Positions 1 to 12,017 are shown, counted from the stretch's first letter. The stretch is 64,000 bases of DNA from Octopus bimaculoides (GCF_001194135.2 NC_068988.1:48016919-48080918), one strand, 5' to 3'. Translations and numbers: made by a program. Notes: generated from the sequence alone by a model not told the origin.

Positions 1-444
1 TATATATATATATATATGTACTTGCATATGAACAACCATACACATGCAAATGTTTCTATATGTAATGAAAAAAAACAAAAAAACAACACAAACGATGACA
101 TTAATTGTCCAATTAGGTTTTTATGACTTTAGTCATTTCTGATATTTTTTTTTAGACTGAAACTAATACTTAAAATCACAAGTTCGTTTTTAGCTCAAGT
201 CAATATAACATAAATACTTAAAATAACGGCCTGAAATGAAAATCAGAACAATTCATCTGACCCAATTAAACTGTAGAATACAAAATATCAACTCCACAGA
301 TTAACAGATCAAGGGTTTCAAAGATTTATTTATTTTAATGTAGTCTGGTATTTAATATGAAATAGTCTGGAAGAATAGAGGGTAAAGTCTGATTTGTCAG
401 ATTCTACAGTTTTGGAGGAATGTCTACTGATGGATGTTTACTGA

Positions 445-570
445 TGGAGAAAGAGAGAGAGACAGACAAACAGAGACAGAGACAAACAGACAAACAGACA
501 GACAGACAGACAGAAAGAGAGAGAGACGGAGACAGACAGACAGACAGATAGACAGGCAGACAAGCAGAGA
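445..570. repeat. (AGAC/AG)n microsatellite
   Basis: Direct reading: gagacagacaaacagagacagagacaaacagacaaacagacagacagacag... Confidence 0.9.
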
Positions 571-682
571 CTGTGTTCATGAAGGGCCCTTCAAGACTGG
601 TGAAGTTGATTCGGCCAATGTCAAGTTTGAATAACTCACTGGTAAAATAATGCCTGATGATAGAATTTTTTGAATTTTAGAT

Positions 683-849
683 GCAGGTGTGGCTGTGTGG
701 TAAGAAGTTTGCTTCCAAACCACATGGTTCTGGTTTCAATCCTACTACATGGATCCTTGGGCATGTGTCTCCTACTATAACCCCAAGCCAACCAAAACTT
801 TGTGAGTGGATTTGATAGAAAAAACTGAAAGAAGCCCATCATGTGTGTG

Positions 850-880
<31 letters not shown>

Positions 881-1008
881 CCATGTAGGTACCACCCTTT
901 ACAAAATAGTAAGCACTGGAGTCAATTCGTCTGAATAAAATTCTTCAAGGTGGTGCCGCAGCATGGCCGCAGTCAATTGACTGAGACAAGTAAAAAATAA
1001 AAGATAAA
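683..1008 (+). mobile_element. tRNA-derived SINE, family A (dominant family here; CORE-like centre)
   Basis: A-box-like tggctgtgtgg, B-box-like ggtttcaatcc, body, internal (TG)n, tail cagtc-aatt-gactg...gtaaaaaataaaagata. Matches many other copies in the window. Confidence 0.85.
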
Positions 1009-1139
1009 ATCAAAGTTCTGGGAAAGAAGGATTGAAGAAAATGTTCACTGCAGGGCTTGGTTATATAAGGATGAGAGATAAGTAGGACTAGCAATCTTTT
1101 GTTAATGTGTCGGTAGTGGGGGGAAGTAAGCAAGACATG

Positions 1140-1400
1140 TTACTTAGCGGTTAGGGAGATGGACTTAGGATTACAAAATCATGGGTTCAATTCCTCAATT
1201 GAATATTGCTTTGTGTCATTGAACAGGGCATTTCATTTCATGCTGTTCCACTCAATTCAGCTGAAAACGAAGACCAAGAAAGTGTTAATGCAGGTCTCTT
1301 TCCCACGTTCTCAAAGTTTCATAGGATCAAGTGTGAAAGGCTGTGAGAGTACCAATGTCAGCTCACAATAAACATAGACACCTAAAACAATTAGTGAAGG
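1140..1400 (+). mobile_element. tRNA-head SINE with CORE-like central domain (family D group), degenerate
   Basis: ttagcggttaggg...gggttcaattcc head, then tgtgtcattgaacagggcatttcatttcatgctgttccactcaattcagctg, the domain also seen at about 9300-9390 (minus) and 60005-60070. Confidence 0.6.
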
Positions 1401-1429
1401 CCTGGTATATGCTACCAGATTGTTGTGTT

Positions 1430-1600
1430 GACGCCCCCAAGCGAAGAAGTAGGATCGCCCAAGGCACATAAATAGAGGTAGTCTAGCCGTGGTAGAGGAG
1501 TTGAGTGACTGTTGAATAGCCGTTGAGTAGCAGTCGAGTAGAGATCATCCGAAGGTGCTAGATAGCAGTAGCTTGAGACATAACACAGATCATACTTGCT
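1430..1600 (+). mobile_element. Diverged LTR-like fragment, homologous to the 4498-4859 element in opposite orientation
   Basis: Starts tgttgtgttgacgccccc and aligns by eye with the reverse complement of 4757-4859. Confidence 0.6.
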
Positions 1601-2890
1601 TGCAAGCAATAACTATGATCTTAAACAAACAGCCAATCCAGATGAGTACAGTTATTTGTAGTAGTAGTAGAGAAATCTACATAGAGAGAGGAAGCCAGTA
1701 CATTTGTGAACCAGAGATTGTAGTGTATTGGAGAGTGATCCTTTGGAAATTTGAACCAAATTGCTTTCATAAAGAAGTCTTGGATGTCTCTGTAACTTGT
1801 AGCAGTTCCATCCCAGATGAAGAATCAGACCCTTGTAGGTCTTGCTTGACTGAGCTTTGCAGATGATCAGCATCTTATCACAACTGGAGTATTTTCTTGC
1901 AAGAGGAAGGTCAGACCTTGTGATATAGTTTCATCTATGTTATGAGTGAGGGGTAGCTACCCCTTGTGATACTAGCCTGCCTGAAATCACTCCTGCATCT
2001 ATGACATAAAACTTGTCATTTTAAAGAATTTATATTTAAATCAAAACATTTCGACATATTTTTATGAAAGCACCTTTTATTATGTTTTGTTCTAAACACT
2101 AACTTAATAATATATGTAAACAAAGTTTTGCTTTATGTTTTTAGAAGCGTCAAATGTGTATTATATGATACAGACAAAAAAAGTAATATTTTGAACGCAG
2201 TATAGTCATGTAAACAGCAGAAGACTAGCTGCCTGCTGACAACATTTTCTGTCATATAATGGTAAAATACCTATCTTTCTACTGTTTCCATGGCTATACT
2301 GGTTCGAAATATTACTTTCTTTTGTGTATGTTATTAACTTAACTATAACAAAGTTAATTATTTTATTAAATCTCTCCAAATCTTTAAACATTTTCAAAGT
2401 TAACTTTAACGTGCCATGCATATGGTTGTTGTTTCATCAAATGCTGCAATTATGGTAGCTGTTGAGTTAGTGAATGAGAATGTATTTCTTGGGTTGCACA
2501 AAGAAGTAATTAACAACACTCATGAGCAATTAGCAAAATATTTTATTATTGCGAGTAGCGTTTTAACTGTATTGGTCTTTTACAAATAATAACAACAATA
2601 ATTACATACTGGGAGAGATGGAAAAATTGCATTCCATCTTTTTTATCCTTGGTTGCGGATATATGATTTTGACGAAGTAGGAATAAAGCAATGTATTCAC
2701 AGATGTAACTTCCGACTACCAACACACAAGATTTCAATGCCTTCTTCCTTGTCTCAATGAGACACATTACACTTTATAACAATTCGACAAGTCCACCATT
2801 TTATCACACAGGGGCGCTAATGTCTATCACCACAACACCATCGAAAGAAGTTACTTATGAGATATTGTGTGAAGGTTTAGTTTGGTCTGT

Positions 2891-3166
2891 TTAAGAACCT
2901 GCTGATATCTGCACAAATGTCCCTGACAAGAGTGGAAGCATAATTCCCTTGGCTGTTTTCCAACACTCATCCAGGCAAGAGGTGAGACATGTGAACCGGT
3001 CAACCAGTGTCAGCACACAGCATAAAGTTTCAGCAATAAGAGGCACTTTATGAATCATGCAACGGATTGATGCTAACTGGTTGCATAACAGGCCAATCAC
3101 ATGAAACTGTTGTAGTTTGCTCATGATGTCTGACAATGTATCCAGGGATTCAGTTTTGAATCCCTG
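2891..3166 (-). CDS. Candidate (terminal?) coding exon of an unidentified gene: QGFKTESLDTLSDIMSKLQQFHVIGLLCNQLASIRCMIHKVPLIAETLCCVLTLVDRFTCLTSCLDECWKTAKGIMLPLLSGTFVQISAGS*
   Basis: About 90 stop-free codons in non-repetitive sequence directly after acceptor tgtgtttctag (or tagcag), with protein-like helical composition. No family recognised. Confidence 0.45.
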   Translation of the reverse strand, partial: QGFKTESLDTLSDIMSKLQQFHVIGLLCNQLASIRCMIHKVPLIAETLCCVLTLVDRFTCLTSCLDECWKTAKGIMLPLLSGTFVQISAGS

Positions 3167-3654
3167 CTAGAAACACATAGATGGATTATTTCATTCAAGT
3201 TTTTTTTGTTTATGTAGTTGTTTTGCAAGATTCTTGATATGAAATTGTATGTTGAAACAGATATTGTTATACTTGGGGAGGTCATATTTTTTTGTTTTGA
3301 TTTTTTCAAAATAACTACATGTACTATACTCTCATTGATCATTTCTGCTTTATTCTAATTCTTATTTTAGTGTCCCTTGTTGAAATCTTCCGTCACACAC
3401 CTTGTGACCTCTTCAATGACTGTCTATCCGACATGTCTCCCCCTTGTTCTGCACAATCCATTCTGAGAAGGAAAAACAATGACCATCCTAAGATATAACA
3501 ATATTCATTGAAATTACAGTACAGAAATTACTATGAAAGATCATCAGAGATTGTGAGGCTTGGCAGTTGTACTGATTAAATACTGTATGAAATTTACTTT
3601 GATCAACTCTGCTATGACTGCCATTCCAACATCAATTCAACAATGAAAATGTTG

Positions 3655-3850
3655 GTTTATAATTTTGACTCTCAGGGCCTCAAAATTTGATGAAGGAGCA
3701 GGAGTGCAAGTTTAATCAAACTTCCCAGTTCTTAACAAGTTTTTATTTTATCAATTCCAGAAGGATAAAGTAGAAAGTCAACCCAGGTGAATTTGAGCTT
3801 AAAAGAGATGTAACTAGATACTCAGATCATTTAATCTGGCTATTGATTTT
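3655..3850 (-). mobile_element. SINE family B, degenerate
   Basis: aggataaagtagaaagtcaacccaggtgaatttgagct resembles the family B body seen at 7390-7608. Confidence 0.55.
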
Positions 3851-4497
3851 CTCTATGACTTAACAAAAAAAAAAAAAAGTTGAAATAGAGAAGACTACTA
3901 AATTATCCAAACAATATTTAATACTCTAGTAAGGAAACAGATTTTGCTGAAGCACAAACTGGCTGCTGAAGACTGTGTCTCTGTATTTGCATGTGGCAAA
4001 TTCGTTGCTGAAATGATTTTTATTACCTACATCACCTAGTCATTTGGCCATGTAATAACAAAATTTACATCACAGTAACATGATTCAGGGCTTGATCCCA
4101 GACCAAAGCAGCTCAATAACTATAATCTATCATAGCTTCAGTTTCACTGAAGTTCTGTAACTGAAAATGGGTGGATAGAAATCATGCAGAAGTTCAACTG
4201 CGGGACTATTTGTTCTTGAAGGGTGTGTTTGTTCTATTACCTAGTTAACATCGTCAACTTGTCTTTGAAAGCCTCTAACAAAGTCCATGCTGTTACAAGC
4301 AGTTAAACCAGGCTTTTAGTGTGGTAACAATCCACTGAGACATGGTTTCTTCCTCTTGACTCTCATTAGAAGCTGTAAGCACAGCTTTTTCATTTCTGTC
4401 TTATATAAAGACATTGTAAGTGGAAGGTGTTCGTAACACCCTCTAAATTTTTTTCTTGGAAAGGGTCAATTCTACTGGTGTGGCATATCAGTGATAC

Positions 4498-4859
4498 TGT
4501 TTCAGTTTCATTTCCAACTGAAATCATTTCACTTTTTTAATACATTACTGTTATATCGCAATACTACACAGTAGCTGTGTGAGCTACGAAATCCTTGTCG
4601 CCACTGTTATATCGCAATACTACACAGTGGCTGTGTGAGCTACGAAATCCTTGTCGCCACNNNNNNNNNNCGAAATCCTTGTCGCCACTGTTATATCGCA
4701 ATACTACACAGTGGCTGTGTGAGCTACGAAATCCTTGTCGCCACTGTTATATCGCACATTCAGATGACCTCTACTCAACTACTACGATGTCTAGACTTCT
4801 CCCTCTATATCTACGTATTGGGCTAGCCTACTTCATCGTCTGGGGGCGTCCACACAACA
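4498..4859 (-). mobile_element. Solo LTR containing a 56-bp tandem array
   Basis: TGTT...AACA termini, flanked by gatac / gttac (5-bp TSD with one mismatch). Homology to the 1430 copy begins exactly at the TG terminus. Strand assignment is tentative. Confidence 0.6.
4546..4756. repeat. 56-bp minisatellite (cactgttatatcgcaatactacacagtggctgtgtgagctacgaaatccttgtcgc), at least 3 copies, gap inside
   Basis: Near-identical units 56 bp apart with no spacers. The 10-N gap at 4661-4670 means the true copy number is unknown. Confidence 0.9.
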
Positions 4860-4879
4860 GTTACTAACATGGAACACTT

Positions 4880-5085
4880 GACAAGGTACAAAAAGTAGCC
4901 AGCCAATATTCAAATTACACCTTACAAGCTTAAAAAAACAGAAAAGTAAATAACAATACTTCTTGAGATAAGGTAGTCCTATTTAAATGATGTCAGTAAG
5001 AAGAATGTATGGATGGTCAAGGTTGGAAGATCTTACTTTGAATTTAATTTTGCTTAATCAGTGAGGACCTACGTTAAAAAATAAC
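4880..5085. mobile_element. Interspersed repeat family E, degenerate
   Basis: Similar to 8530-8935, 10735-10900, 14345-14510 and 60355-60560 (ctagaaatagcagc...atggtcatggttggaat). Confidence 0.5.
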
Positions 5086-5768
5086 TGATAATGCCTCCGA
5101 GAAATGCATGAGCATAATAATTTCACATTTCCTTCTCAATAAACATGACATCTTATGCCTAGTATAAAGTAAACTACTTTCTATGTATTTTTACATTATT
5201 TCTTTGGCAAACATTACAACTTTCAACAAGTATTGAAGTGCCAAGGTTTATAAAGGAGGAATTAACTGAAAGACTGCTAATCATTATATAACGCTGAAAT
5301 ATCAAACGTCAAAGTCATCTAAGGCAGGTTTTGAACTCAGAATCATAACAGCTATAAGTAAATATCTCTCAACATTTATTCCTCCACCCTACTATTTCTT
5401 CCACTCTACCATCTTGTTGATGTTAAATAATGTCAGATTCAGTAATAGAAATTCTTGATTACAGATTCTTTTCAATTCTTTGTTTTGGTGGTGAAATTTT
5501 TCTTTCCAATTCTTAAAATACAAAATTTATGAAACTATGATATTTTCATAAACTCCAGATAAATTTAAAAAAAAAAAAAAAAAATATATTAAATCAAATA
5601 ATTTTGAAAGAAAAAGTACTATTGAAATGCAAACATAAAATTGAAATTCATTAAAACAAACCCTGAAAGTTGTATCAGTCTGAATCAATAAAAATATTTT
5701 ACTTGTATATTTATATTTTTCATTTCTTCAACTTGTAACTGATAAGATACACATGAAGTGTATATGCA

Positions 5769-5804
<36 letters not shown>

Positions 5805-6458
5805 TATAGATATAGATGTAATAAATACATACATATATATATAGGAATACTATCTGTATGTGACCTGGGTTGTAAATATACAATGAATGAAATACTTTCA
5901 TATATAACACATAATATATATGAAATATAATGAAACAAAATTGAATATAACAACATACATACGTATGTGTTTGAAATGGCTAATATATAACTAAACTCTT
6001 GCAGGTTGTATTTGTTTTAGTTTCAACAACATGATGTCAGAGCAAGAGCAAAATTAGATGCTAAACAAACAAATAGAAATATACTTCAGTTCTTCATTTA
6101 ATTTTTGATTTAAGTTCAACTATGAAATTTCAGGGATATTTCTCCCCTTCCCCGCCCAAAGTCTTTCAATCTTGCTTTTCAAAATTTCATTGATTTGAAA
6201 ATAAAATGAAATGATATGAAATTTAATTTTAAATTAAATACCATGCGCGGTTGGTGAGGGGTGGTTAACTGTGAATTGAATTGCAAATGCATGTTTACAG
6301 TTGAACGAAAGTTTAAGTGTGTAGGTATGGATATAACGGTGTGAGAATAATGATGTAGCAAAATAAATTTCATTGGCATAAAGACTGCAAATATGAAAAT
6401 ATAGGTTCAAAACCCAACAGGGTGAATATATTTCAGTCTCTTTTATGTAATGTTTAAG

Positions 6459-6875
6459 CATAGGAGTGGTTGTGTGGTAAGTAGATAACTTACCAACCAC
6501 ATGGTTCTGGGTTCAGTCCCACTGTGTGGCACCTTGGGCAAGTGTCTTCTGCTATAGCCTGAGGCCGACCAAAGACTTGTGAGTGGATTTGGTAGACGGA
6601 AACTGAAAGCAGCCCGTCGTATATATGTATATACATATGTATGTGTGTGTATATGTTTATGTGTCTGTGTTTGTCCCCCTAACATCGGTTGACAACCGAT
6701 GCTGGTGTGTTTACATCCCTGTAACTTAGCAGTTCAGCAAAAAGAGACCAATAGAATAAGTACTAGACTTACAAAGAATAAGTCCTGGGGTCGAGTTGCT
6801 CGACTAAAGGCAGGGCCCCAGCATGGCTGCAGTCAAGTGACTGAAACATGTAAAAGAGTAAAAGAGTAAGAGTAT
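6459..6875 (+). mobile_element. SINE family A, full length
   Basis: Head with ggttcagtccc B-box, cttgggcaagtgtcttct CORE-like block, internal TA/TG tract, second domain, tail cagtc-aagt-gactg gtaaaagagtaaaagag. Confidence 0.92.
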
Positions 6876-7020
6876 CTAAGCTTTTTGAGGACTAATACCA
6901 GAGTGTTAAGCACAGTAGGCCAACCCCACAATGTGCACTCCCTTCTCCCAGTTTTATTGTAAGAAGTTCCCTCTCCAATATTTTTCTACTTTCTCTGGTC
7001 ATCACCTTCATTTTATGCTA

Positions 7021-7645
7021 TCTTTTATCTTTTACTTGTTCCAATCACTAGACTGCAGCCATGCTGGGGCACTCCTGGAAGAATTTTTAGTTGAATGACT
7101 CAGCCACATTACTTAATTTGTTTTCTTTCTTTGCTAAATCTGAGTATTTATTTTATCAGTTTCTTTTGCTGAACCATTATGATACAGGGAGGCAAACACA
7201 CTAACACCGGTTGTCAAGTGGTGGCAGGAGACAAACACAGACACGCACACACACACACATATGCAATAGGCTTCTTCCAGTTAAGTCTACCAAATCCACT
7301 CACAAGGCTTTGGTCAACCCAAGGCTATATTAGAAGACATTTGCTCAAGGTGTCACAGAGTGGAACTGAACCTAGAACCATGTTCTTCTTTTCTTTTCTA
7401 TTCTAGGCACAAAGGCCCGAAATTTTGGGGGAGGCAGAGCAGTCAATTAGATTGACCACAGAATGCAACTGATACTTAATTTATCGACCCCGAAAGGATG
7501 AAAGGCAAAGTTGACCTCGCTGGAATTTGAACTCAGATCGTAGAGACAGATGAAATACTGCTAAGCATTTTGCCTATCGTGTTAACATTTCTGCCAGCTC
7601 GCTGCCTTGAACCATGTTCTTCTAACCACACAGCCATGCCTTTGC
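7021..7645 (-). mobile_element. SINE family A interrupted by a family B SINE
   Basis: Reverse complement of the 6459 consensus. The head resumes at 7609-7645 after the insertion. Confidence 0.85.
7390..7608 (-). mobile_element. SINE family B, full length, 15-bp TSD
   Basis: gaaccatgttcttct is duplicated at 7375-7389 and 7609-7623. The minus strand has B-box gagttcaaattc and an A-rich tail. Confidence 0.9.
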
Positions 7646-7732
7646 CTGCTAGCTGGAAAATGCAGTCAAAAGCTATAATTTGCCTACAAAGCATTTATAG
7701 TGTTACGATAATGTATACCATGGGGGTGCAAT

Positions 7733-8105
7733 TGCCCAGTGGTTAGGGCAGCAGACTCGCAGTCATAGGGTCGGGGTTTCAATTCCCAGACCGGGCATTG
7801 TGAGTGTTTATTGAGTGAAAACACCTAAAGTTCTACGAGACTCCAGCAGGGGGTGGTGGCGAACCCTGGTGTACTCTTTCAACACAACTTTCCCTCACTC
7901 TTACTTCCTGTTTCTGTTGTACCTGAAAATTCAAAGGGTCAACCTTGTCACACTGTGTTACACTGAATATCCCTGAGAACTACATTAAGGGTACACGTGT
8001 CTGTGGAGTGCTCAGCCACTTGCACGTTAATTTCACGAGCAGGCTGTTCTGTTGATCCGATCATTGGGACCCTCGACGTCTTAAGCGAAAGAGTACCAAC
8101 AGCAA
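7733..8105 (+). mobile_element. tRNA-derived SINE (family D1)
   Basis: tRNA-like head gggggtgcaattgcccagtggttagggcagcagactcgcagtc...ggtttcaattccc. The 3' part is shared with 9130-9300 (minus). Confidence 0.8.
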
Positions 8106-8529
8106 CAAATATATATCACTGAGCAAATCAACCACCAGGGAAATTATGATGCATTTCACACCAAATCATGTGACAGTTCATAACACAACAGAGGCCCCTT
8201 ATCTCATCATCCATCCATTCATGTCCTCCACTTTTTTATTTTTCTGGGCATGACTGCCTCTGCTTTCTTTCGCACTAAGTTTTCATGTTTTTTAATCTGT
8301 ATTAAATATTTTTATTTGTTATTTGTGATGTCCTTGATTTTAGCACCTTAGCCTAGTAGCTTGCCCAGTGCATTGCACTAACCCTGCTTTCTTCACTTTC
8401 AGAAAATGTACATGTATATTTAATTTTAAAATTGAAATTCTTCCAAAAGAACACCATTAGCTTGATTGGCAAAATGTCAGTCATCAACAACATTAACTAT
8501 CATACAAACATTAGCACAAGCTAATAGGG

Positions 8530-8935
8530 AAGTGTCTATGTGGTTTCTTAACTTGCTAGAAACAGCAGCCAAATTTCTCAAAAACCAGACCGAGCTGTCT
8601 GAAAAAAAGACAAGGATGTAGAGAATAGTGTTCTAAATATGCCTATAACTGGAATGTCTTTGATCACGGGTTTATCTGATTAGTGCTGTCCAGGGGATAA
8701 ACAGCTACAACTACAATAAAGACTACTTCTAGCCAAACTGGGAGTTGCTACATGATGTCCCAAACTAGTAGAAATAGCAGCTAAATCTCTTTCAATTCAC
8801 AGCCTTGTGTCTTTAAAACGGAAGTACACATTGAATAATGTATCTCTTAGATATATGTCTGAATAACAGATGAGAAGGTCATGGTTGGAATACCTTTGTT
8901 CCCAAACATAAAGGATTAAGACTGACAACTGTGCT
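8530..8935. mobile_element. Two tandem copies of interspersed repeat family E
   Basis: cttgctagaaacagcagccaaatttc (about 8550) and actagtagaaatagcagctaaatctc (about 8765) start parallel similar units. Confidence 0.6.
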
Positions 8936-8951
8936 AGTTGTCTCTGCTTTC

Positions 8952-9058
8952 TTTTACTACTACTACTACTGCTACTACTACTACTACTACAACTACTACT
9001 ACTACAACTACCACTACCACCACCACCACCACCACCGCCGCTACTGCTACTACTACTA

Positions 9059-9090
<32 letters not shown>

Positions 9091-9125
9091 ACTATTACTA
9101 CTGCTACTACTACTACTACTACTAC
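8952..9125. repeat. Compound trinucleotide microsatellite (TAC)n/(CAC)n/(TGC)n
   Basis: Direct reading; source of the poly-T, poly-Y and poly-S ORFs. Confidence 0.95.
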
Positions 9126-9129
9126 ACTG

Positions 9130-9470
9130 GTAAAAAAACTGGCACTCCATTGGTTATAACAACAAGGGTTCTAGTAGGTTGAACCAATTGAACAGCCTGC
9201 TTAGGTAACGTACATGCAAGCAGCTGAGTACTCCACAGACATGCATACCCTTAATGAAGATCTCACGGAGATTCAGCATGACACAGAATGTGAAAAGGCT
9301 GGCTTTTTAAAATACACATACTTCTCATTTTTGTCAGCTGAGTGGACTGAACCTATGTGAAATAAAGCATCTTGCTCAAGGACACAGTGCGCTGCTGAGA
9401 ATCAAATTCATGACTTTACGATCATGAGCCAAATATGACCCCTAAGCACTGAGCCATGTGCCTTTACACT
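9130..9470 (-). mobile_element. tRNA-head SINE with CORE-like domain and family D1 tail
   Basis: Minus strand reads ggcacatggctcagtg...tgtgtccttgagcaagatgctttatttcaca...gtctgtggagtactcagc. Confidence 0.75.
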
Positions 9471-9554
9471 GCATTGACATCTGCTAGTCTGAACTCAATC
9501 CTCCTGTTGAGACCTGCCTGACACATCAGCTTATTTTTGTTGTCATGCCTGTAG

Positions 9555-9636
9555 AGGCCAAACCATCAGTGGGGTACATGAAAAGGAAGTACAGCCAGTG
9601 GCATTGCTCAGAAGCCCAGAGAGTTATGGAGGGTAT
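9555..9636 (+). CDS. Candidate exon GQTISGVHEKEVQPVALLRSPESYGGY (phase 2 to 0), unidentified
   Basis: Acceptor gcctgtag, strong donor gtaagt at 9637, open frame, GC-richer than flanks. Confidence 0.3.
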
Positions 9637-9665
9637 GTAAGTATTTTTATAGACCCTTTCCTTAA

Positions 9666-9886
9666 CCATTTAGTATTCAGATTACTCTGACGAATGTAAT
9701 GCTTATTTATTCACATTGTTTTGAATTAATGATGAATTATCTTATAGCTTTCGGATTTCAGTGTTGTGATTATTTATTTTAAGAATGATATTTTAAGGTA
9801 AGTATGAGAGGCTGGGTCTAATAAGTTTGCATGTAAAACAGATATGATATTTTGGACCAGATATGGCCAGTTAAAAGGCTAAAGGG
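9666..9886. mobile_element. Non-autonomous piggyBac-like MITE
   Basis: ttaa-ccatttagtatt ... aggctaaaggg-ctaa: CCCTTTAGC-type TIRs with a TTAA-like target. Reverse-complement copy at 35231-35452. Confidence 0.7.
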
Positions 9887-9906
9887 CTAAAGAATTATAT
9901 ATATAA

Positions 9907-10031
9907 TGGGCTTCTTTCAGTTTCTATCTACCAAATCCACCTTGGTTGACCCAAGGCTTTAATACAAGACACTTTCCCAAGGTGTCACACAGTGGGACTG
10001 AACCCACAACCATGTGGTTGGGAAGCCAGCT
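9907..10031 (-). mobile_element. SINE family A, 5' half
   Basis: gggcttctttcagtttctatctaccaaatcc...cttaccatacagccatgc. Confidence 0.85.
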
Positions 10032-10734
10032 TCTTACCATACAGCCATGCTGAAAATAAAAAAAAATAAGGTATTATTTTATAAAGAAAATTCCCCCAAA
10101 CTTAAGACAATATTTCCCTTTCAAGACTCAATTATATGTTATTTGTTTTTCCTTTGTATAATTATCTTTTCGAATTGACATTTTGAGGCCCTCCCTTTCC
10201 ACTCCAAATAATTTAAAGATTTTTATTTAAATATTTATTTTGCCAAGAATTCTTGTTATATTTGTTGGTTAGTTGAAACATTGAAGCCTATCACTTACAA
10301 AGTCACCTTTCATATCTTAGCATAAAATAACATTGTTTTTTTTTTACTTTTGCACTATGAAGGCTTGAAGGATTAATTAATAGCACTTGTCATTTTTCTT
10401 TTACTCCCAAGATATACGAGAATCAAAAGTACTAATCTTTGAAAATGTGAATAGTGTTATAAATAAATTTGAACAAAAAAACGATAACCAGCTACATATT
10501 GTTCAATAAACAGAATAAAATGTTTTACAATTACCGCACATAATCTCATCCTCCCAACCTCACTTCCACCACCACTGATACCAAACTAAAGATAAAGAAT
10601 TTCTGCGAAGTGAGGTTCAAATCCAAATATTTTGATAATAAAACGAAAGAAGTTACATTTATTATTAATTTCTCGCATAGGCTCAAATGTTTGAAATAAG
10701 TTGCTTTAATTAATCTTACTTTCTATGTAACATG

Positions 10735-10900
10735 CTAATGAGGGAGCACATATATGGGTACTCAGCTAGCTTGTAAAAGCTATCAAATTTTCCTCAGATC
10801 TCACATTACCATGTTTAAATAAAGAGAGATACATTGAACAATGTTGTCCCCATAATATACAGGACAGTCATGGATGAAAGACTGCTGAATTGAAGTTGAT
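10735..10900. mobile_element. Interspersed repeat family E
   Basis: Similar to 8530-8935. Confidence 0.5.
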
Positions 10901-10970
10901 TTTGGCCAAACATTTCACCATTTGTTTTTTCTTGCAGATCAGTTACAAGCAAAAGGGCAACATTTATGAC

Positions 10971-11055
10971 CTTTTTCCTTATATCTTCTCCAATTATTTA
11001 TTATCTTTTTGAAGCAATTATAACACTGTTGAGGCTGTGTTCTGAATACTTGCAA
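10971..11055 (-). CDS. Candidate exon LQVFRTQPQQCYNCFKKIINNWRRYKEK, unidentified
   Basis: Strong acceptor ttaactgatccttctctcag and open phase-0 frame; donor gtcata is weak. Confidence 0.25.
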
Positions 11056-11094
11056 CTGAGAGAAGGATCAGTTAAAGACTCCCAAAGTTTAGAT

Positions 11095-11255
11095 GGTAGT
11101 GGCGATGGCTCGGTGGCAGCGGTGGCTCAGTGGCGGCGGCGGCAGTGGCGGCAGCGGCAGTGGTGGTGGCGGCAGTGGCGGCGGTGGTGATGGTGGCAGC
11201 AGTGGTGGTGGTGGTGGATGTAGTGGTGGTAGATGTAGCGGTAGTGGTGGTGATG
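11095..11255. repeat. (GGC/GGT)n GC-rich trinucleotide tract
   Basis: Direct reading. Confidence 0.9.
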
Positions 11256-12017
11256 GGGTTAAACTAAGTGATAGTTTAAGTCTACCTCTCCATAACAGTA
11301 ACTGTCATTTCAATGGACTTCTACACAGTTTCTGTGTATCNNNNNNNNNNNNNNNNNNNNNNNNNNNNNNNNNNNNNNNNNNNNNNNNNNNNNNNNNNNN
11401 NNNNNNNNNNNNNNNNNNNNNNNNNNNNNNNNNNNNNNNNNNNNNNNNNNNNNNNNNNNNNNNNNNNNNNNNNNNNNNNNNNNNNNNNNNNNNNNNNNNN
11501 NNNNNNNNNNNNNNNNNNNNNNNNNNNNNNNNNNNNNNNNNNNNNNNNNNNNNNNNNNNNNNNNNNNNNNNNNNNNNNNNNNNNNNNNNNNNNNNNNNNN
11601 NNNNNNNNNNNNNNNNNNNNNNNNNNNNNNNNNNNNNNNNNNNNNNNNNNNNNNNNNNNNNNNNNNNNNNNNNNNNNNNNNNNNNNNNNNNNNNNNNNNN
11701 NNNNNNNNNNNNNNNNNNNNNNNNNNNNNNNNNNNNNNNNNNNNNNNNNNNNNNNNNNNNNNNNNNNNNNNNNNNNNNNNNNNNNNNNNNNNNNNNNNNN
11801 NNNNNNNNNNNNNNNNNNNNNNNNNNNNNNNNNNNNNNNNNNNNNNNNNNNNNNNNNNNNNNNNNNNNNNNNNNNNNNNNNNNNNNNNNNNNNNNNNNNN
11901 NNNNNNNNNNNNNNNNNNNNNNNNNNNNNNNNNNNNNNNNNNNNNNNNNNNNNNNNNNNNNNNNNNNNNNNNNNNNNNNNNNNNNNNNNNNNNNNNNNNN
12001 NNNNNNNNNNNNNNNNC

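Noticed and set aside
4546-4756. CRISPR-like array
   Set aside because: Units are contiguous with no unique spacers, there are no cas genes, and the context is eukaryotic; it is a minisatellite
7733-7800. tRNA gene (also other tRNA-like heads)
   Set aside because: A and B boxes are present, but the acceptor stem does not close and the sequence continues into a SINE body
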